This document shows, one piece after another, positions 29,177 through 39,914 of a DNA stretch of 64,000 nt (its first letter is position 1; each line of letters opens with the position of its first letter). The stretch comes from a virus. The notes beneath the pieces are model-generated. The model was not told the DNA's origin. It saw nothing but the letters and a program-made list of their open reading frames with translations, and made no database searches. The DNA lies in IMG/VR virus record IMGVR_UViG_3300010883_000007, positions 32,001 to 96,000 of that record. One strand, 5' to 3'. The position numbers and the translations under genes are program-made.

Positions 29177-29989
29177 CTAGAAGCCCGCGTAGAATAATAT
29201 ACCGTTCAAGCTAATATAGTCCTCGTTATCAGGCCAGCTAGCTCCTGTTCCAATAGCTTGGGCCAAAACTCGACCGTCTGCCATTACCCAGAGTTTTGCA
29301 ATGACATATGTTGTTCCAGTAGTGAAGGTGTCGCTGCCGGAATCGGTTATTGTACTCCCCGAGGAATCTTTCGCAAGGCCCGCAAAAAGAGCATTGTCTC
29401 CATCAACAGGCCTATAGCCGGTGGGTAGTGTAAAGATTGTAGTGCCTGCGGAATTATGAGACGTCTTCGCTTGGCCACGGACATGGACAAATCCCTGGCT
29501 GTCCTTCATGAAAGAAACCTGTGTCTCATCAGCACTGTAATTGGTCCAGTACTGAGCGAAGTCGTAGGTATTGCCTCCGCTGTACGCTGAGACAGCTGTC
29601 CACGAGGGTTGGGTCAGCTGCAGAACACCCGCAGTCGATACTTTGATTGCTGTGTTGTTGCTTATTGATGTTGTCCCCAGTTTGAGAGTGTCACTATCAC
29701 TGTTATCGATGCCTAAACAGAAGGTCTTAGTCTCACCCAGGGCCCAGACGATTTGTGGGTCACCAGTAGACGTATTATCGACCATTATTATGGTTGTGTC
29801 TGTTGCTGACGAGACAACCTCAAAATCATTCTCGGGACTAATCCTTCCTCCCACAGCCACCTTACCCCCTACAGTGAGGACTATCTTAACTTCAGGATCT
29901 GTTCCCACGCCTGAAGTATTTCCGCCGGTTAGAATCTTGAGAGTTGTGTCCGGGAGCGGAAGGACATTATTTACCTTTATCTTACTCAT
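29177..29989 (-). CDS. Tail fibre / receptor-binding-like protein
   Basis: C-terminal FMKDSQGFVHVRG...GTTIFTLPTGYRP...ISLNGI, typical of phage fibre tip domains. Confidence 0.65.
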   Translation of the reverse strand: MSKIKVNNVLPLPDTTLKILTGGNTSGVGTDPEVKIVLTVGGKVAVGGRISPENDFEVVSSATDTTIIMVDNTSTGDPQIVWALGETKTFCLGIDNSDSDTLKLGTTSISNNTAIKVSTAGVLQLTQPSWTAVSAYSGGNTYDFAQYWTNYSADETQVSFMKDSQGFVHVRGQAKTSHNSAGTTIFTLPTGYRPVDGDNALFAGLAKDSSGSTITDSGSDTFTTGTTYVIAKLWVMADGRVLAQAIGTGASWPDNEDYISLNGILFYAGF

Positions 29990-30007
29990 TCTTATGTCTC
30001 CTAGACA

Positions 30008-30490
30008 TTAAAACTCCCCAAAGGGAGGTATACAGAGGACTGATCCAGAGGAAATGGTCACAACTTTGCCCTCCTGTATTACAATTGGACTATAGTGGAG
30101 ACCCTGGAAACCCTTTTCTATTGTGAACTCTTCACTCCCCAGAGACTTAAAAGTTCCGACCCCCACCATTCCGCTAGCTGCTGCCGGGGAGCCCTCATAC
30201 ATCAGTGTGGTACCGCTCACATACAGCAGGCTTCCAGTTGTTGGCCAGTTTGTGGGTTTATACTTTGCAGTCTCGCCGTCAACGACTCCGGGTGGGTACT
30301 CTTTGTCAGGAAAGGGTTGAAATTTCACACCCCATATAGCTCCAATTGGACTCGAAAACTCTGGTGACGGTAGGCCGACCTGCAGACCATTCGGAAAAAT
30401 CACATTTGTTACCCTTCCCGCAATATCTTTAACCACATATTTCACCCTGCGTCGAACGAAATCTGGATGATCCTTAATAATCTTAGGCAT
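30008..30490 (-). CDS. Small tail-fibre-associated hypothetical protein
   Basis: 160 aa; C-terminal SPIVIQEGKVVTISSGSVLCI. Confidence 0.55.
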   Translation of the reverse strand: MPKIIKDHPDFVRRRVKYVVKDIAGRVTNVIFPNGLQVGLPSPEFSSPIGAIWGVKFQPFPDKEYPPGVVDGETAKYKPTNWPTTGSLLYVSGTTLMYEGSPAAASGMVGVGTFKSLGSEEFTIEKGFQGLHYSPIVIQEGKVVTISSGSVLCIPPFGEF

Positions 30491-30500
30491 AAATCACATC

Positions 30501-33500
30501 CTACTCAAATGTCAGCATAACACTGGTTCCTGAGGCGTCGTCAGGGTTAGTCGATCGATCCCGGGTTAGTCCATCAAAATACGGAAGTGAGGAGGTGCAG
30601 AAAACATCTAAGTTCTGACTGTGTGTGGATTCCGGATCTACGTTAACAGCTCGAGCGCCCTCATCGTCGGGTCGAGAAGTGAATGTTACACTAACAGGAC
30701 CTGACTCTACACCGTCTTCAGTAAAGAAGCGAGTAAATCTACGGGCCTCGAGGAGATCTCTCACTTGACCGAACTTATTGTGGCGATACACAGCAGAAGA
30801 GTACATGGGTCGAATATTGGCCACTCCATACTTGAAACCTCTCAATATAACTTCAGATCCAACACCTATGTGCATACCCCCAGTCACATGGGTCGAAATA
30901 TCGCGGTTAACCGCTGTCTGGACTGTTGTATAGCCCACGGGTTCTTTAGTTTTCTCCCTCTCGCTATACCAATAACGATAGTTGTTGTTAGCGGTGTTCC
31001 ACGTGTAAGAACCCACTGGAGGAGCAATATAAGACTTACCATTGTGGGTGCCACCGTCGCGCTGCGCTAGGTACTGGTCGATGTAGTAGACAAATTTGGA
31101 GTCCGACGAGTGCGGATACCCCCACGTGATCTGGACAGTAGTTACTGTTGATACACCGGATCTCACAAAGGATCCTGAGACAGGAATGGTCGCATTGCGA
31201 TCCACAAGAATCCTCTGCCACTCAGTTCCGTCTCCCAGTAACCCTCCGCCAGTGAAGGATGTTGCTGTAATATTAGTCACAGTCGATGTGATTGTCGTGT
31301 TACTCTGACTACCCCCAACCTTCTGAGTTAGGGACATAGAGCCTTCTCCGTTGGCTGAGGGAGCTGTCCCCACAGCAATTACAGAGTCTGCGGTGTTGGC
31401 ATTGTGCCCGTTGGTGTGATTGATTGCAGTCTTTAGCAGGGTTAAATAATCTCCCTGGTCCATGGCGCCAAGATCTGTTCTTATTGCAATACCTCCCACA
31501 GCAGCATCACCCTCAGATAGGGTGAATCCGTCGCCGAAGTCACCCACTGCAAGAACATCTCCTGTTACTATTGAGTTACCCTTTCCACTTGGTCCGATGC
31601 CAATAAGCACATACTTCTTTGTTACTCCAGCAGACGAGGTGATAGTGACTGTCTGTAGCTCGTTTGCAGACGTAAATGAGTTGAGATCGCCGTCTGCACA
31701 ACCCAGGGATCCGGCTGCCCTGGAGCTATTGGGATGATCAGATGAGATCGTCATTTGAGTGTCTGAGGAGATTGCAGTGACTATTGCAAATGTGCTTGAT
31801 CCCAGCTCGCCGTACTGACTATGCGTAAAGTTAGATGCAGTAATATTCTGTGCATTAGCATCGACGGTAATAGCTGTGTTCATGGATCCTGAGGCGCCGG
31901 CGACCTGCTGATACAGCGCAAGTGTGTCTGTACCGGCGATGGCGTAAATATTAGAGACTCCATGCCCGTTGGCAGAATCTATACACGTCTTGAGCGAGGC
32001 AACTGCTGTCGCAAGACCAGATGCATTATTGAACACAAGAGGAGCGCTATTATCAGACCAGATTGTCGCAGTTAAGTTAGTCACATCGTCGGGGGGTATA
32101 AAACCAGAACCTCCAGTGCCGACGGTCGCTTGGGCTAGTGTCATCGTGTTGCCTGATATCGAACAGGTAATCTTGGGGTTGTGGCCATTCTCGTGGTCAA
32201 TGGCAGTCTTTAGCTGGGTTAAATAATCCCCCTGTGTAGACAGACCACCGCCCGTCAGGTTAATTGCAACAGCAACTCCACCTATGGCCAGATCATCATT
32301 TCCATAGCCTGATACTAACTTGTTACTTCCATAATCAGACCCTGCTGCCAACACATCACCGGTGGCCACCGAGGTTGCCGCGTCATCCACTAATACATAC
32401 CGCTTGGACGTGCCATCAGTTGAGACAAGTGTAATTGCCTGAAGTTCAGACATACCTGATGCTGCAGCTGCATTCGTAACTGTCACATCACATGAAGCCA
32501 CTGTTGTTGAGCCAGTGCCGGCGGGAGAGAGGTTCTCGGCAGTACCTGCCCTATAGTACTTTACTGTTGCCGCTGTATCGATGATGGCTATCGTGTCACC
32601 GGTAATAGGGCCAACTCCTCCAAACTGAATTGCGGCAGAAGATCTGGGTCCGTGTGTGCCAGTGCCCCCTTCTGGAGGGTTCGATCCACTCAACGCGATA
32701 CGATCTCCTACCTTTATCTCTTTGGTAAACTTTGTGTTGATCCCAATAATCGTATCTGATTGATTGGTACTTGTGTGACCCTTAACGTGTATGGGTTCTG
32801 CATTCTTGTGTTGAAAGGTCTTAAATGCGGGCATACCAAAAAAGCCATCGCCAAAACCATAGTATAAGGAGTTGAGCATGGTTATCCCATCTATCTCATT
32901 AAATGTGAGATCACCGCCTCGTGGCCCTATTAGAGCGAGACCTGCGTGAGAGACTGACTCTGTCACAGAGGATGAGAGTTCAGAGTATATGGGTCGACTT
33001 CGGCCGTCGCCTAAGCTGGCCACTGGAGCACCGCGCTGCCCGTCCACATCAGTCATGTCAATATCTTTAGTTCTCAAGAGATAGGACTGTAACCCTAACG
33101 AGCTCAGGAAAGTCTTAGAGCCTGAGATTGCTATGTGACTTATGGCGCCGGCGCGTATCACTTTACCCGTAGAGCCTGTGACCACATTAAAGGTTTTGTT
33201 ACCCTTCCGCTCTGCCGCTAGACGTTTCACCTTCGAGTACTTTGGCTCAAAGGGAAATGAGAATGGAAGATCCCTGTCAAATATTTTATTCGGGCCGTCA
33301 ATTGACGATCGAGGCTCAGATATTACTAAAACGTTAGCTTTGGGATCTAGCATTCCCGCGTTGGGTGTTAAGCTAAGGCCAAAAGATATCTCTGTGCCTG
33401 CGTCATCAAAGAACTTTGAGTCGACAATGGCCTCGACTTTGAGACTCCTACCATCAAATAGGGAGTCATTGTTGATGTCTAATATACCAGCAATTGATGG

Positions 33501-36500
33501 AAGCAGGGTATCATAGTATCGCTCCCGGTGGTCGACCAACTTGAGGCCACGAAGGAAAGAACCGGTAACGCCTGCTGTTCCCTCAGACACCCTTCCAATC
33601 ACCTTTCGGTGCACACCCTTATTCTCAAGGAGATAAGACTCACTTCCGGATGTGGGAAGGGAACCTGTCATCATGTGACCAGCAATCACATTTTCCAGAT
33701 AAGAACCCGAGTAGGCAAAGGATGGCTCTGTGTCATACTGATCATACACGTCTGTGCCCAGAAGAAGCGTCTCGTGTATTGCCTCAGAAGTCAGGGGCTG
33801 ATTACTTGACGGTGTAATCTCCTGATCGCCTCGAAGCACAGATCCATACAACACTAACTTTCCAGCCCCAGGGTGCAACTCGAATGCTGGAGCGGCCAAA
33901 TCTCCGGCGTAATTCAGCGGAGACTGGAATCCAAAGACTAACTTATCTCCCGGCATTAACATGTAGGGGGAGGTCACTCTGTCTGTTTTTGGCGCCTCTA
34001 GTCTGAACGTGTCTTGGTAGGCATCTACACTATACGCACGCTCGAATCCGCTAAACTCTCCGCCTCGAATGGCGCGTCCCGTGGGTATACCCAGACCGTT
34101 ACGAGAGCCATTGATGAACCTGATAAGCAACGAGTCGTTGTCAGTGTCAGGTGTGGTGTCATTGAGTCCGGGGATTTCTATGTAATTCCCGCCCAGATCC
34201 CATGCTGAAGATCCTGGAGCTAATGCGGGAGCCCGAACTGGGGCAGCAAGTGTTAGTCGCTGGTGGGCCCAGGGAGAGGCAGTGTCAACAACAAGATCAC
34301 AAAATGATCGAAGGTCTTCAACATACTTCTCAAACACTGTGGGATCATTCACATTTTTATCGGTGGTGAAGGTTCCTATCGTGGAAAATGTGACCAGGTC
34401 CCTTACAGTTCCCACCTCATCGTACTTGACAGGAATAATCTTTCGAATGGTCTGGGCTGTGTTGTCACCTATTCCTCCTGCGTCGCGGCCATCGGCAAAA
34501 GTGTTGAAGAGTCTGTTACTATAGAAGTCTGTTCCGTGTACAGAGGCAGCTGTTAGCCCGTTAGTCACTTGTCTGTTTCCCGAGGATCCATCTGCCAGCT
34601 GTGTCAACCTGAGAATGCCGCCGGCTCGACTTACAAGAAGCTTCCCATAGTGACCGCTGTCGTTCTCAATACACTTCTGAAGTTGTAGAGCGATCTGGGC
34701 CGAGGTTCCTGTGCATGCAAACTCCATCTTAGAATGTGCAAAATTCGTATTATTAGCTGCATAATACACTTTGGTTGTGTTGTCTGTCGACGTCAGTGTG
34801 ACTGTCTCGCCGACAACAGGAACTTGGGCGTTGGTGTGTGACAGCTGTGAAATATAACTCGAGGTAATAGACACTGCTGTTGTGTGTGCTTCCCCCGGTG
34901 TTAGGATTATTAGCTGGGCCCCGTTCGCCTGGGCCGGCACATCGCTCACCAGAAGCTTTCCGTTGTGACCGTTGGCATGCTCGATGGCAGCCTTGAGCTG
35001 GACCAGGAAGGCATTCTGTGTTGCTGGGGTTCCCGTTAAATCAATAGTCACAGCGGTACCGGATTGACTGGCGGTGGAGCCTCCCCCCACATCTGTTACA
35101 CCACTGGTCACCACATCGCCGGTTGCGACTGCCGATGTGGCATCGTCCACGATAATATAACTTTTGTTAATGCCGGCGGCTGAGATGTAGACACGCTCGT
35201 TTTTGGTCATTCCGCTAACTGCATCACCATCTACTACTGTTAGTGTGCTAGTCCCAAAAGTTATTACAGTTTTAGCCTGAGTCGCTTTGTCAGCGACGAT
35301 AATCTCTGCATCGTTATTGATTCTTGTTACCCGAGCAGGCCTAGAGAGAAGGTTCCCCATTAGCTGTATGCTGTCACCCACCCTAAGCTCACTGGTGAAC
35401 TTTGTTCCCGTTCCGGCAACCACCATTGATCCGGACACAGTCTTCGCAGCAGTTCCGGTTATGGTGTCATAGTCATACCCCTCACCAGAGCCATAGGCAG
35501 AGGAGTGTGGTGAAAGCTGCCACACAGTGGGTATTGTTCCGGAATATGGCATCTCAATAGTTTCTTTTCCGGCGCCGGCTTCAGGGTGTTGGTCCCCCAA
35601 TTTTGTTAAAACTGCTCGATTCTCAATTCCTGGATCTATATTTGCCGGTCTTTGGTTTAGAATGAAAAATGATATCCCCTCGCCGTACTTGGCCGAGGGT
35701 GTAGAGGTTTGTTTGTCCTTGAGTGATGCTGAGAACTCGTACACTATCTTCTCGACCAAAAACGGCCGGTCGATCAAACTAGATACATCAAAGACCTGTG
35801 ATCCAGTGGCCGCGAACTTCGGGTGAAAGGGAAAGCCGAATGTATTAGTTGGCTGAGCGAACCCTGTCTCAATGGGTACCTTCTTGCCCTCAGACTTGAA
35901 CCCCGGGGCGGAGGCATTGGCGGTGGACGAGGCCTCGGCAAGCTGCCAATGACTTTGACCAAACCCAACCATCACAGTGTCTAACAGATTTCTTAATCGT
36001 GCACGATCCTCAGAGAGACCACCTCGTTGAGATTCGGGTATATGAGTATCCGGCTCCGGCCATGGCTTGTGTGAACCTACCCTCTCCCACTTCTTCTCAT
36101 CAAAGTTGAAGTACACCATTGGGCCGGAGTCGGTCTGCCCCCCAGACTGTGCGTTCTTTGCAGTGTATTTTAATGATGTGGATAGAATTTTTGTCGAGGG
36201 CGTCAGGTCGATCTCTAGCCTGTGCTTGTCCCACAGTGGGGCAGATAGACCCGGGCCCACTATCGTTGGGTCAGATCCCGTCGAGTAGAAGGATCCACGA
36301 AGGGAGGGGTCTACAGTAAAGTTCGAATCCCATGTTAGGTCCGGATCATCACCCTTCTTCGACCCAGAAACACGGTCAGAAGACATCACCGGTGTGTGAC
36401 CAAACTGTGCAAAGAGATTAACCTCCCGATACGGCTCTAAATTCTGGGGATTTTCGCTTTTTCTGCGAGGATCATACGAGCTCCTGTGGGATCGTCCCGG

Positions 36501-39500
36501 TCCAAAGAGAGTAGTTGTGGTGTTGGGTGTTGAGAACGGTATACCGGTGTGACCCCGGGGAAGGTTAAATGGAAAGTGGAGACCGTCTGTTGATCCCGTT
36601 AGAATTCCGAAGCTTCCACCACTGAAACCCAACGACTCCTTCCCAGGATCCCTTATAAGGTCCCCTCGGCCTCCCTCGATTCCCACCACACCTGGATCCA
36701 ACTGTCTCCACTTGTGAGACCTTTGACCCACCTCGATCGTTCCGGTGACATTAGTCATAACGATTCGAGTGTTGCCCGAGGTTCCAGGTCGCATCTGAGT
36801 CAGATTGACTGTCTTATTCTGTGTCTCTGCATATATTCCCAGCGTGCCTGTCAGTTCGTTCACCTTCCTGGCAAACTCGGCCGCGGTCTGCTGGGGGGAG
36901 GAATACAGCAGGACGGGCACCTGGCTTGGCTTTCCACCTCTAAATTTGTGCGAGTAGATGGTACCGTAGACGTCTCTGTTTGATCCCAGCGAACCATCTG
37001 GGTGAGTAAAGTTAATCACGGTGTTACCGTAGTCACCAAACACATCCAGTGTTACCTGAGTTAGGCTGACGTTAGCGCGGGCTGCTGAGGCTGCTATCTT
37101 GCCAGCATGACCGGCGGCGGCGTTGATACATGCTATCAAGCTAGTGGCCAGGGCAGTTCTGGTTGCGCCGGCGAAAGTGGACCCTGTAGTTAACAATTGG
37201 GAGGAGGACTTTGTGTACGTCCGGCCAGTCCCATCAGTTGAGAAAATTGTAATCGTCGTGTTATTATCGGGCACACTGCGAAAGAAGATTCGACCAAACG
37301 CGAGGCTCGCACTACGTACTGAGAGCTCGTACTTTGAATTCGCGACGAGGACGAACTCTTTCACCCCTGCCGGAGAGGCATCAAGGCCCTGTGAGCCTGT
37401 TAGGGCCAATCTTCCCCATGCCATTCCTCGTTTGCTCTGGAGGAATTTTATATTGGCTGTCGCGTAGCCAGAGAGAAACTCTGGAGTGTCACTGTCATCA
37501 AATGATGTGGTATACCTTCCTGTGAATCCTCGGGAGGTTACCAAGCGTGATGTTGTGGGATAAGCTCCGAGCTGATTGTCCCTATCTCTAATCTCCACAC
37601 GCGGGGGGAGGCCGATAAAGCCTGACTGCTTCTTATACTGGCGGACACCCTTGAGTCCGGCGTAGTAGAGGGCACGTACGTCCTCAGTACTGAGCTGCTT
37701 GGACCACACAGCAGGCTCGAACATCTCACCGTTGAGAGAATCAGAATTAGACGAGCCATCTCCTCGAAGATGGCCCAGGATGAAGTCTAACCCCTGGTTG
37801 GTGCCTCCCACAAAATTAGCTGCAGTGGCGTTCGTCGCGTTATCGGTTATTGTTTTGTTCCCGGTCGGGCCTGGTACCGCCTGGGTTAGGGTCAGTTTTC
37901 CGGCACCATCGTTGTGGACGTGTATCTTTACACTGCCTCCAGTAAAATTAGCCACAGTTACATTGGTGGCATCGCCTGTAACTACGGTGTTTCCACTGCT
38001 GCCAGCCACTGACTGGGTTAGTGTGATCGCCTGATTGCCGTCGGCCTGGGACGGAACAGATCCCACCGCAATCTTGCCGTTGTGGCCGGCTGCGTGCTCA
38101 ATTGCGGCCTTGAGCTGGACCAGATACGCATTCTGTGTGTGCGCTGGCAGATTGATTGCAACAGCAATTCCGCCGATGGCTGTGTGACCTGCTGCAAGAG
38201 TGCTAGCGCCGTAGTCAGATCCCGCCGCTAGCACAACACCTGTTGCCACCGATGTTGCGTCCGCGTCCACCAGAACGTACTTCCTGAGTGTCCCATCAGC
38301 TGAGGTTATTGTGATCGTCTGCAGCGCCGACATGCCTGATGCTGCGTCCCCGTCTGTGACTGTTACAGTGGTCGAAGCTTTGATCCCGTGACCGTTGGCT
38401 GTTTCGATGCACGCCTTGAGAGAGGTTGCGGCGGCCGCGAGGGTGGCTCCGTAAAACTTGGGTGGATCCGTCGTGAGATCTTGGGCTGTGGCAGTGGTGT
38501 TTGCGTAATATACTTTTGTTGTTCCGTCTGTCGAGATAATTGTGATTGTTCCGGCGTTGGCAGGCACACCCGTAAAAGTTATAGTGCCCTGGGCACCGTG
38601 TGCCGCAGACATTAGAGTGGGAGAGGGCGTTGTGTAGTCAGGTGTTACACCCGTGCCGCCGGCAATTAGGGAATTATACCTGCCCTCCTGGCCTGCAGTC
38701 TTGGTGTATCGATCACCGTTGATGTATATCTTGACTCCGGAGCCTGCGTATGATGTTCCGGTGGCGCTGTAGTTATTGACACCGTTCTTCCAGCAGTCAG
38801 CAAGAAGGTCAGTTCCTGAAGATCCATCGTAGGTGACTGCAACATGCACCCAATCACCTGTTGGGATCTGGGCAGAAACATCATCTGTATAAAATAGAAG
38901 TGCCTGTGTAGATAGCGGTCCACTTCGAAGCTCAAACTTAAGGCCAAGCGAGGAATAATAGAACTTATGACCTGCGGTCTCGCCGGCGGCGATCCCGGCG
39001 ACACCGGCTACCACGGGAGGCGACAGCCCGAATATACCAAAAGTTGTATCTGTTGTCTTCAGCCACACCGCAAAGGAGAAGGGTCCGTCAACCACCTTGT
39101 GAGGATCCTTACCCGTATCGACAAAGTGAAAGTCCTTGTGGGCCGCGGCACTGATGTACGAGTCTGAAGATGTGAACCGGCCGGCAAGGACGGGCGGATC
39201 AGACTCAACGTGGGATCCGGAGTGGGGTGACACCCGAACATCGTGGCCTGGACGTGTGCCCGAGGCAAAGGTTAAGCCGGGGACAGATGTGCTGGTGGGA
39301 TCGCTGTTGCCTCCCGTGAAGGACGTTGCTGTTACACCGGTGAGACCCACAGTGACAGTGGTATTACCACTGTGTCCCAGTGTTACCTGAGTCAGGGTTA
39401 GTACCCCACTTCCGTTGTCGACCACAGTAATCTTACCATTGTGGCCGCCGGAGGCATCTTCTATACATGCCTTAAGCGAGGTGGCAGCGAGTGCTGCAGT

Positions 39501-39914
39501 GGCCCCATGAAATGTACAGGGATCAGCGCCCAGGTCCTGGGCGGCCGCCTTAGGATAAATCTTGGTGGTACCGTCAGTGGAGATGATCGTGATTGTCTGC
39601 GTGTTGGTTGGCACTCCGGCGAAGGTCACAGTAGCAGTGGCCGCAGCTTGGGCCCAGGTGTCGAATCCGTGGTGGGGATCGAGTCCACTGTAGGACGCGT
39701 GGTGTCCATTTCCGGAGAGATCCCTAATACTTCCACTGCTCATGGGAAGGAAGGGATCAGAGTGCTTTGTGAATCTCCAGTGTGCAACCAACGAGTCGGC
39801 TGCTGTGTAGTGCAGCCGGCCCACGTGAGTGCCACCCGTCATCCCCGCAGAGACCTGAAAGTTGGTGTCAAAGCGGGCCCCTGTGATCTTCTTACTTAAC
39901 TTAACTTTAGCCAT
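30501..39914 (-). CDS. Giant (3137 aa) tail/baseplate protein: LamG domain, two G.GTKFT.E..VGD.I barrels, ~10 inserted FTGG modules
   Basis: LamG motifs LVAHWRF, DLSGNGHH, FSFAVWLK, WVHVAVTYDG, KIYING, AVWSKQLS, interrupted by Thr/Ala/Gly-rich repeats. Confidence 0.8.
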   Translation of the reverse strand: MAKVKLSKKITGARFDTNFQVSAGMTGGTHVGRLHYTAADSLVAHWRFTKHSDPFLPMSSGSIRDLSGNGHHASYSGLDPHHGFDTWAQAAATATVTFAGVPTNTQTITIISTDGTTKIYPKAAAQDLGADPCTFHGATAALAATSLKACIEDASGGHNGKITVVDNGSGVLTLTQVTLGHSGNTTVTVGLTGVTATSFTGGNSDPTSTSVPGLTFASGTRPGHDVRVSPHSGSHVESDPPVLAGRFTSSDSYISAAAHKDFHFVDTGKDPHKVVDGPFSFAVWLKTTDTTFGIFGLSPPVVAGVAGIAAGETAGHKFYYSSLGLKFELRSGPLSTQALLFYTDDVSAQIPTGDWVHVAVTYDGSSGTDLLADCWKNGVNNYSATGTSYAGSGVKIYINGDRYTKTAGQEGRYNSLIAGGTGVTPDYTTPSPTLMSAAHGAQGTITFTGVPANAGTITIISTDGTTKVYYANTTATAQDLTTDPPKFYGATLAAAATSLKACIETANGHGIKASTTVTVTDGDAASGMSALQTITITSADGTLRKYVLVDADATSVATGVVLAAGSDYGASTLAAGHTAIGGIAVAINLPAHTQNAYLVQLKAAIEHAAGHNGKIAVGSVPSQADGNQAITLTQSVAGSSGNTVVTGDATNVTVANFTGGSVKIHVHNDGAGKLTLTQAVPGPTGNKTITDNATNATAANFVGGTNQGLDFILGHLRGDGSSNSDSLNGEMFEPAVWSKQLSTEDVRALYYAGLKGVRQYKKQSGFIGLPPRVEIRDRDNQLGAYPTTSRLVTSRGFTGRYTTSFDDSDTPEFLSGYATANIKFLQSKRGMAWGRLALTGSQGLDASPAGVKEFVLVANSKYELSVRSASLAFGRIFFRSVPDNNTTITIFSTDGTGRTYTKSSSQLLTTGSTFAGATRTALATSLIACINAAAGHAGKIAASAARANVSLTQVTLDVFGDYGNTVINFTHPDGSLGSNRDVYGTIYSHKFRGGKPSQVPVLLYSSPQQTAAEFARKVNELTGTLGIYAETQNKTVNLTQMRPGTSGNTRIVMTNVTGTIEVGQRSHKWRQLDPGVVGIEGGRGDLIRDPGKESLGFSGGSFGILTGSTDGLHFPFNLPRGHTGIPFSTPNTTTTLFGPGRSHRSSYDPRRKSENPQNLEPYREVNLFAQFGHTPVMSSDRVSGSKKGDDPDLTWDSNFTVDPSLRGSFYSTGSDPTIVGPGLSAPLWDKHRLEIDLTPSTKILSTSLKYTAKNAQSGGQTDSGPMVYFNFDEKKWERVGSHKPWPEPDTHIPESQRGGLSEDRARLRNLLDTVMVGFGQSHWQLAEASSTANASAPGFKSEGKKVPIETGFAQPTNTFGFPFHPKFAATGSQVFDVSSLIDRPFLVEKIVYEFSASLKDKQTSTPSAKYGEGISFFILNQRPANIDPGIENRAVLTKLGDQHPEAGAGKETIEMPYSGTIPTVWQLSPHSSAYGSGEGYDYDTITGTAAKTVSGSMVVAGTGTKFTSELRVGDSIQLMGNLLSRPARVTRINNDAEIIVADKATQAKTVITFGTSTLTVVDGDAVSGMTKNERVYISAAGINKSYIIVDDATSAVATGDVVTSGVTDVGGGSTASQSGTAVTIDLTGTPATQNAFLVQLKAAIEHANGHNGKLLVSDVPAQANGAQLIILTPGEAHTTAVSITSSYISQLSHTNAQVPVVGETVTLTSTDNTTKVYYAANNTNFAHSKMEFACTGTSAQIALQLQKCIENDSGHYGKLLVSRAGGILRLTQLADGSSGNRQVTNGLTAASVHGTDFYSNRLFNTFADGRDAGGIGDNTAQTIRKIIPVKYDEVGTVRDLVTFSTIGTFTTDKNVNDPTVFEKYVEDLRSFCDLVVDTASPWAHQRLTLAAPVRAPALAPGSSAWDLGGNYIEIPGLNDTTPDTDNDSLLIRFINGSRNGLGIPTGRAIRGGEFSGFERAYSVDAYQDTFRLEAPKTDRVTSPYMLMPGDKLVFGFQSPLNYAGDLAAPAFELHPGAGKLVLYGSVLRGDQEITPSSNQPLTSEAIHETLLLGTDVYDQYDTEPSFAYSGSYLENVIAGHMMTGSLPTSGSESYLLENKGVHRKVIGRVSEGTAGVTGSFLRGLKLVDHRERYYDTLLPSIAGILDINNDSLFDGRSLKVEAIVDSKFFDDAGTEISFGLSLTPNAGMLDPKANVLVISEPRSSIDGPNKIFDRDLPFSFPFEPKYSKVKRLAAERKGNKTFNVVTGSTGKVIRAGAISHIAISGSKTFLSSLGLQSYLLRTKDIDMTDVDGQRGAPVASLGDGRSRPIYSELSSSVTESVSHAGLALIGPRGGDLTFNEIDGITMLNSLYYGFGDGFFGMPAFKTFQHKNAEPIHVKGHTSTNQSDTIIGINTKFTKEIKVGDRIALSGSNPPEGGTGTHGPRSSAAIQFGGVGPITGDTIAIIDTAATVKYYRAGTAENLSPAGTGSTTVASCDVTVTNAAAASGMSELQAITLVSTDGTSKRYVLVDDAATSVATGDVLAAGSDYGSNKLVSGYGNDDLAIGGVAVAINLTGGGLSTQGDYLTQLKTAIDHENGHNPKITCSISGNTMTLAQATVGTGGSGFIPPDDVTNLTATIWSDNSAPLVFNNASGLATAVASLKTCIDSANGHGVSNIYAIAGTDTLALYQQVAGASGSMNTAITVDANAQNITASNFTHSQYGELGSSTFAIVTAISSDTQMTISSDHPNSSRAAGSLGCADGDLNSFTSANELQTVTITSSAGVTKKYVLIGIGPSGKGNSIVTGDVLAVGDFGDGFTLSEGDAAVGGIAIRTDLGAMDQGDYLTLLKTAINHTNGHNANTADSVIAVGTAPSANGEGSMSLTQKVGGSQSNTTITSTVTNITATSFTGGGLLGDGTEWQRILVDRNATIPVSGSFVRSGVSTVTTVQITWGYPHSSDSKFVYYIDQYLAQRDGGTHNGKSYIAPPVGSYTWNTANNNYRYWYSEREKTKEPVGYTTVQTAVNRDISTHVTGGMHIGVGSEVILRGFKYGVANIRPMYSSAVYRHNKFGQVRDLLEARRFTRFFTEDGVESGPVSVTFTSRPDDEGARAVNVDPESTHSQNLDVFCTSSLPYFDGLTRDRSTNPDDASGTSVMLTFE

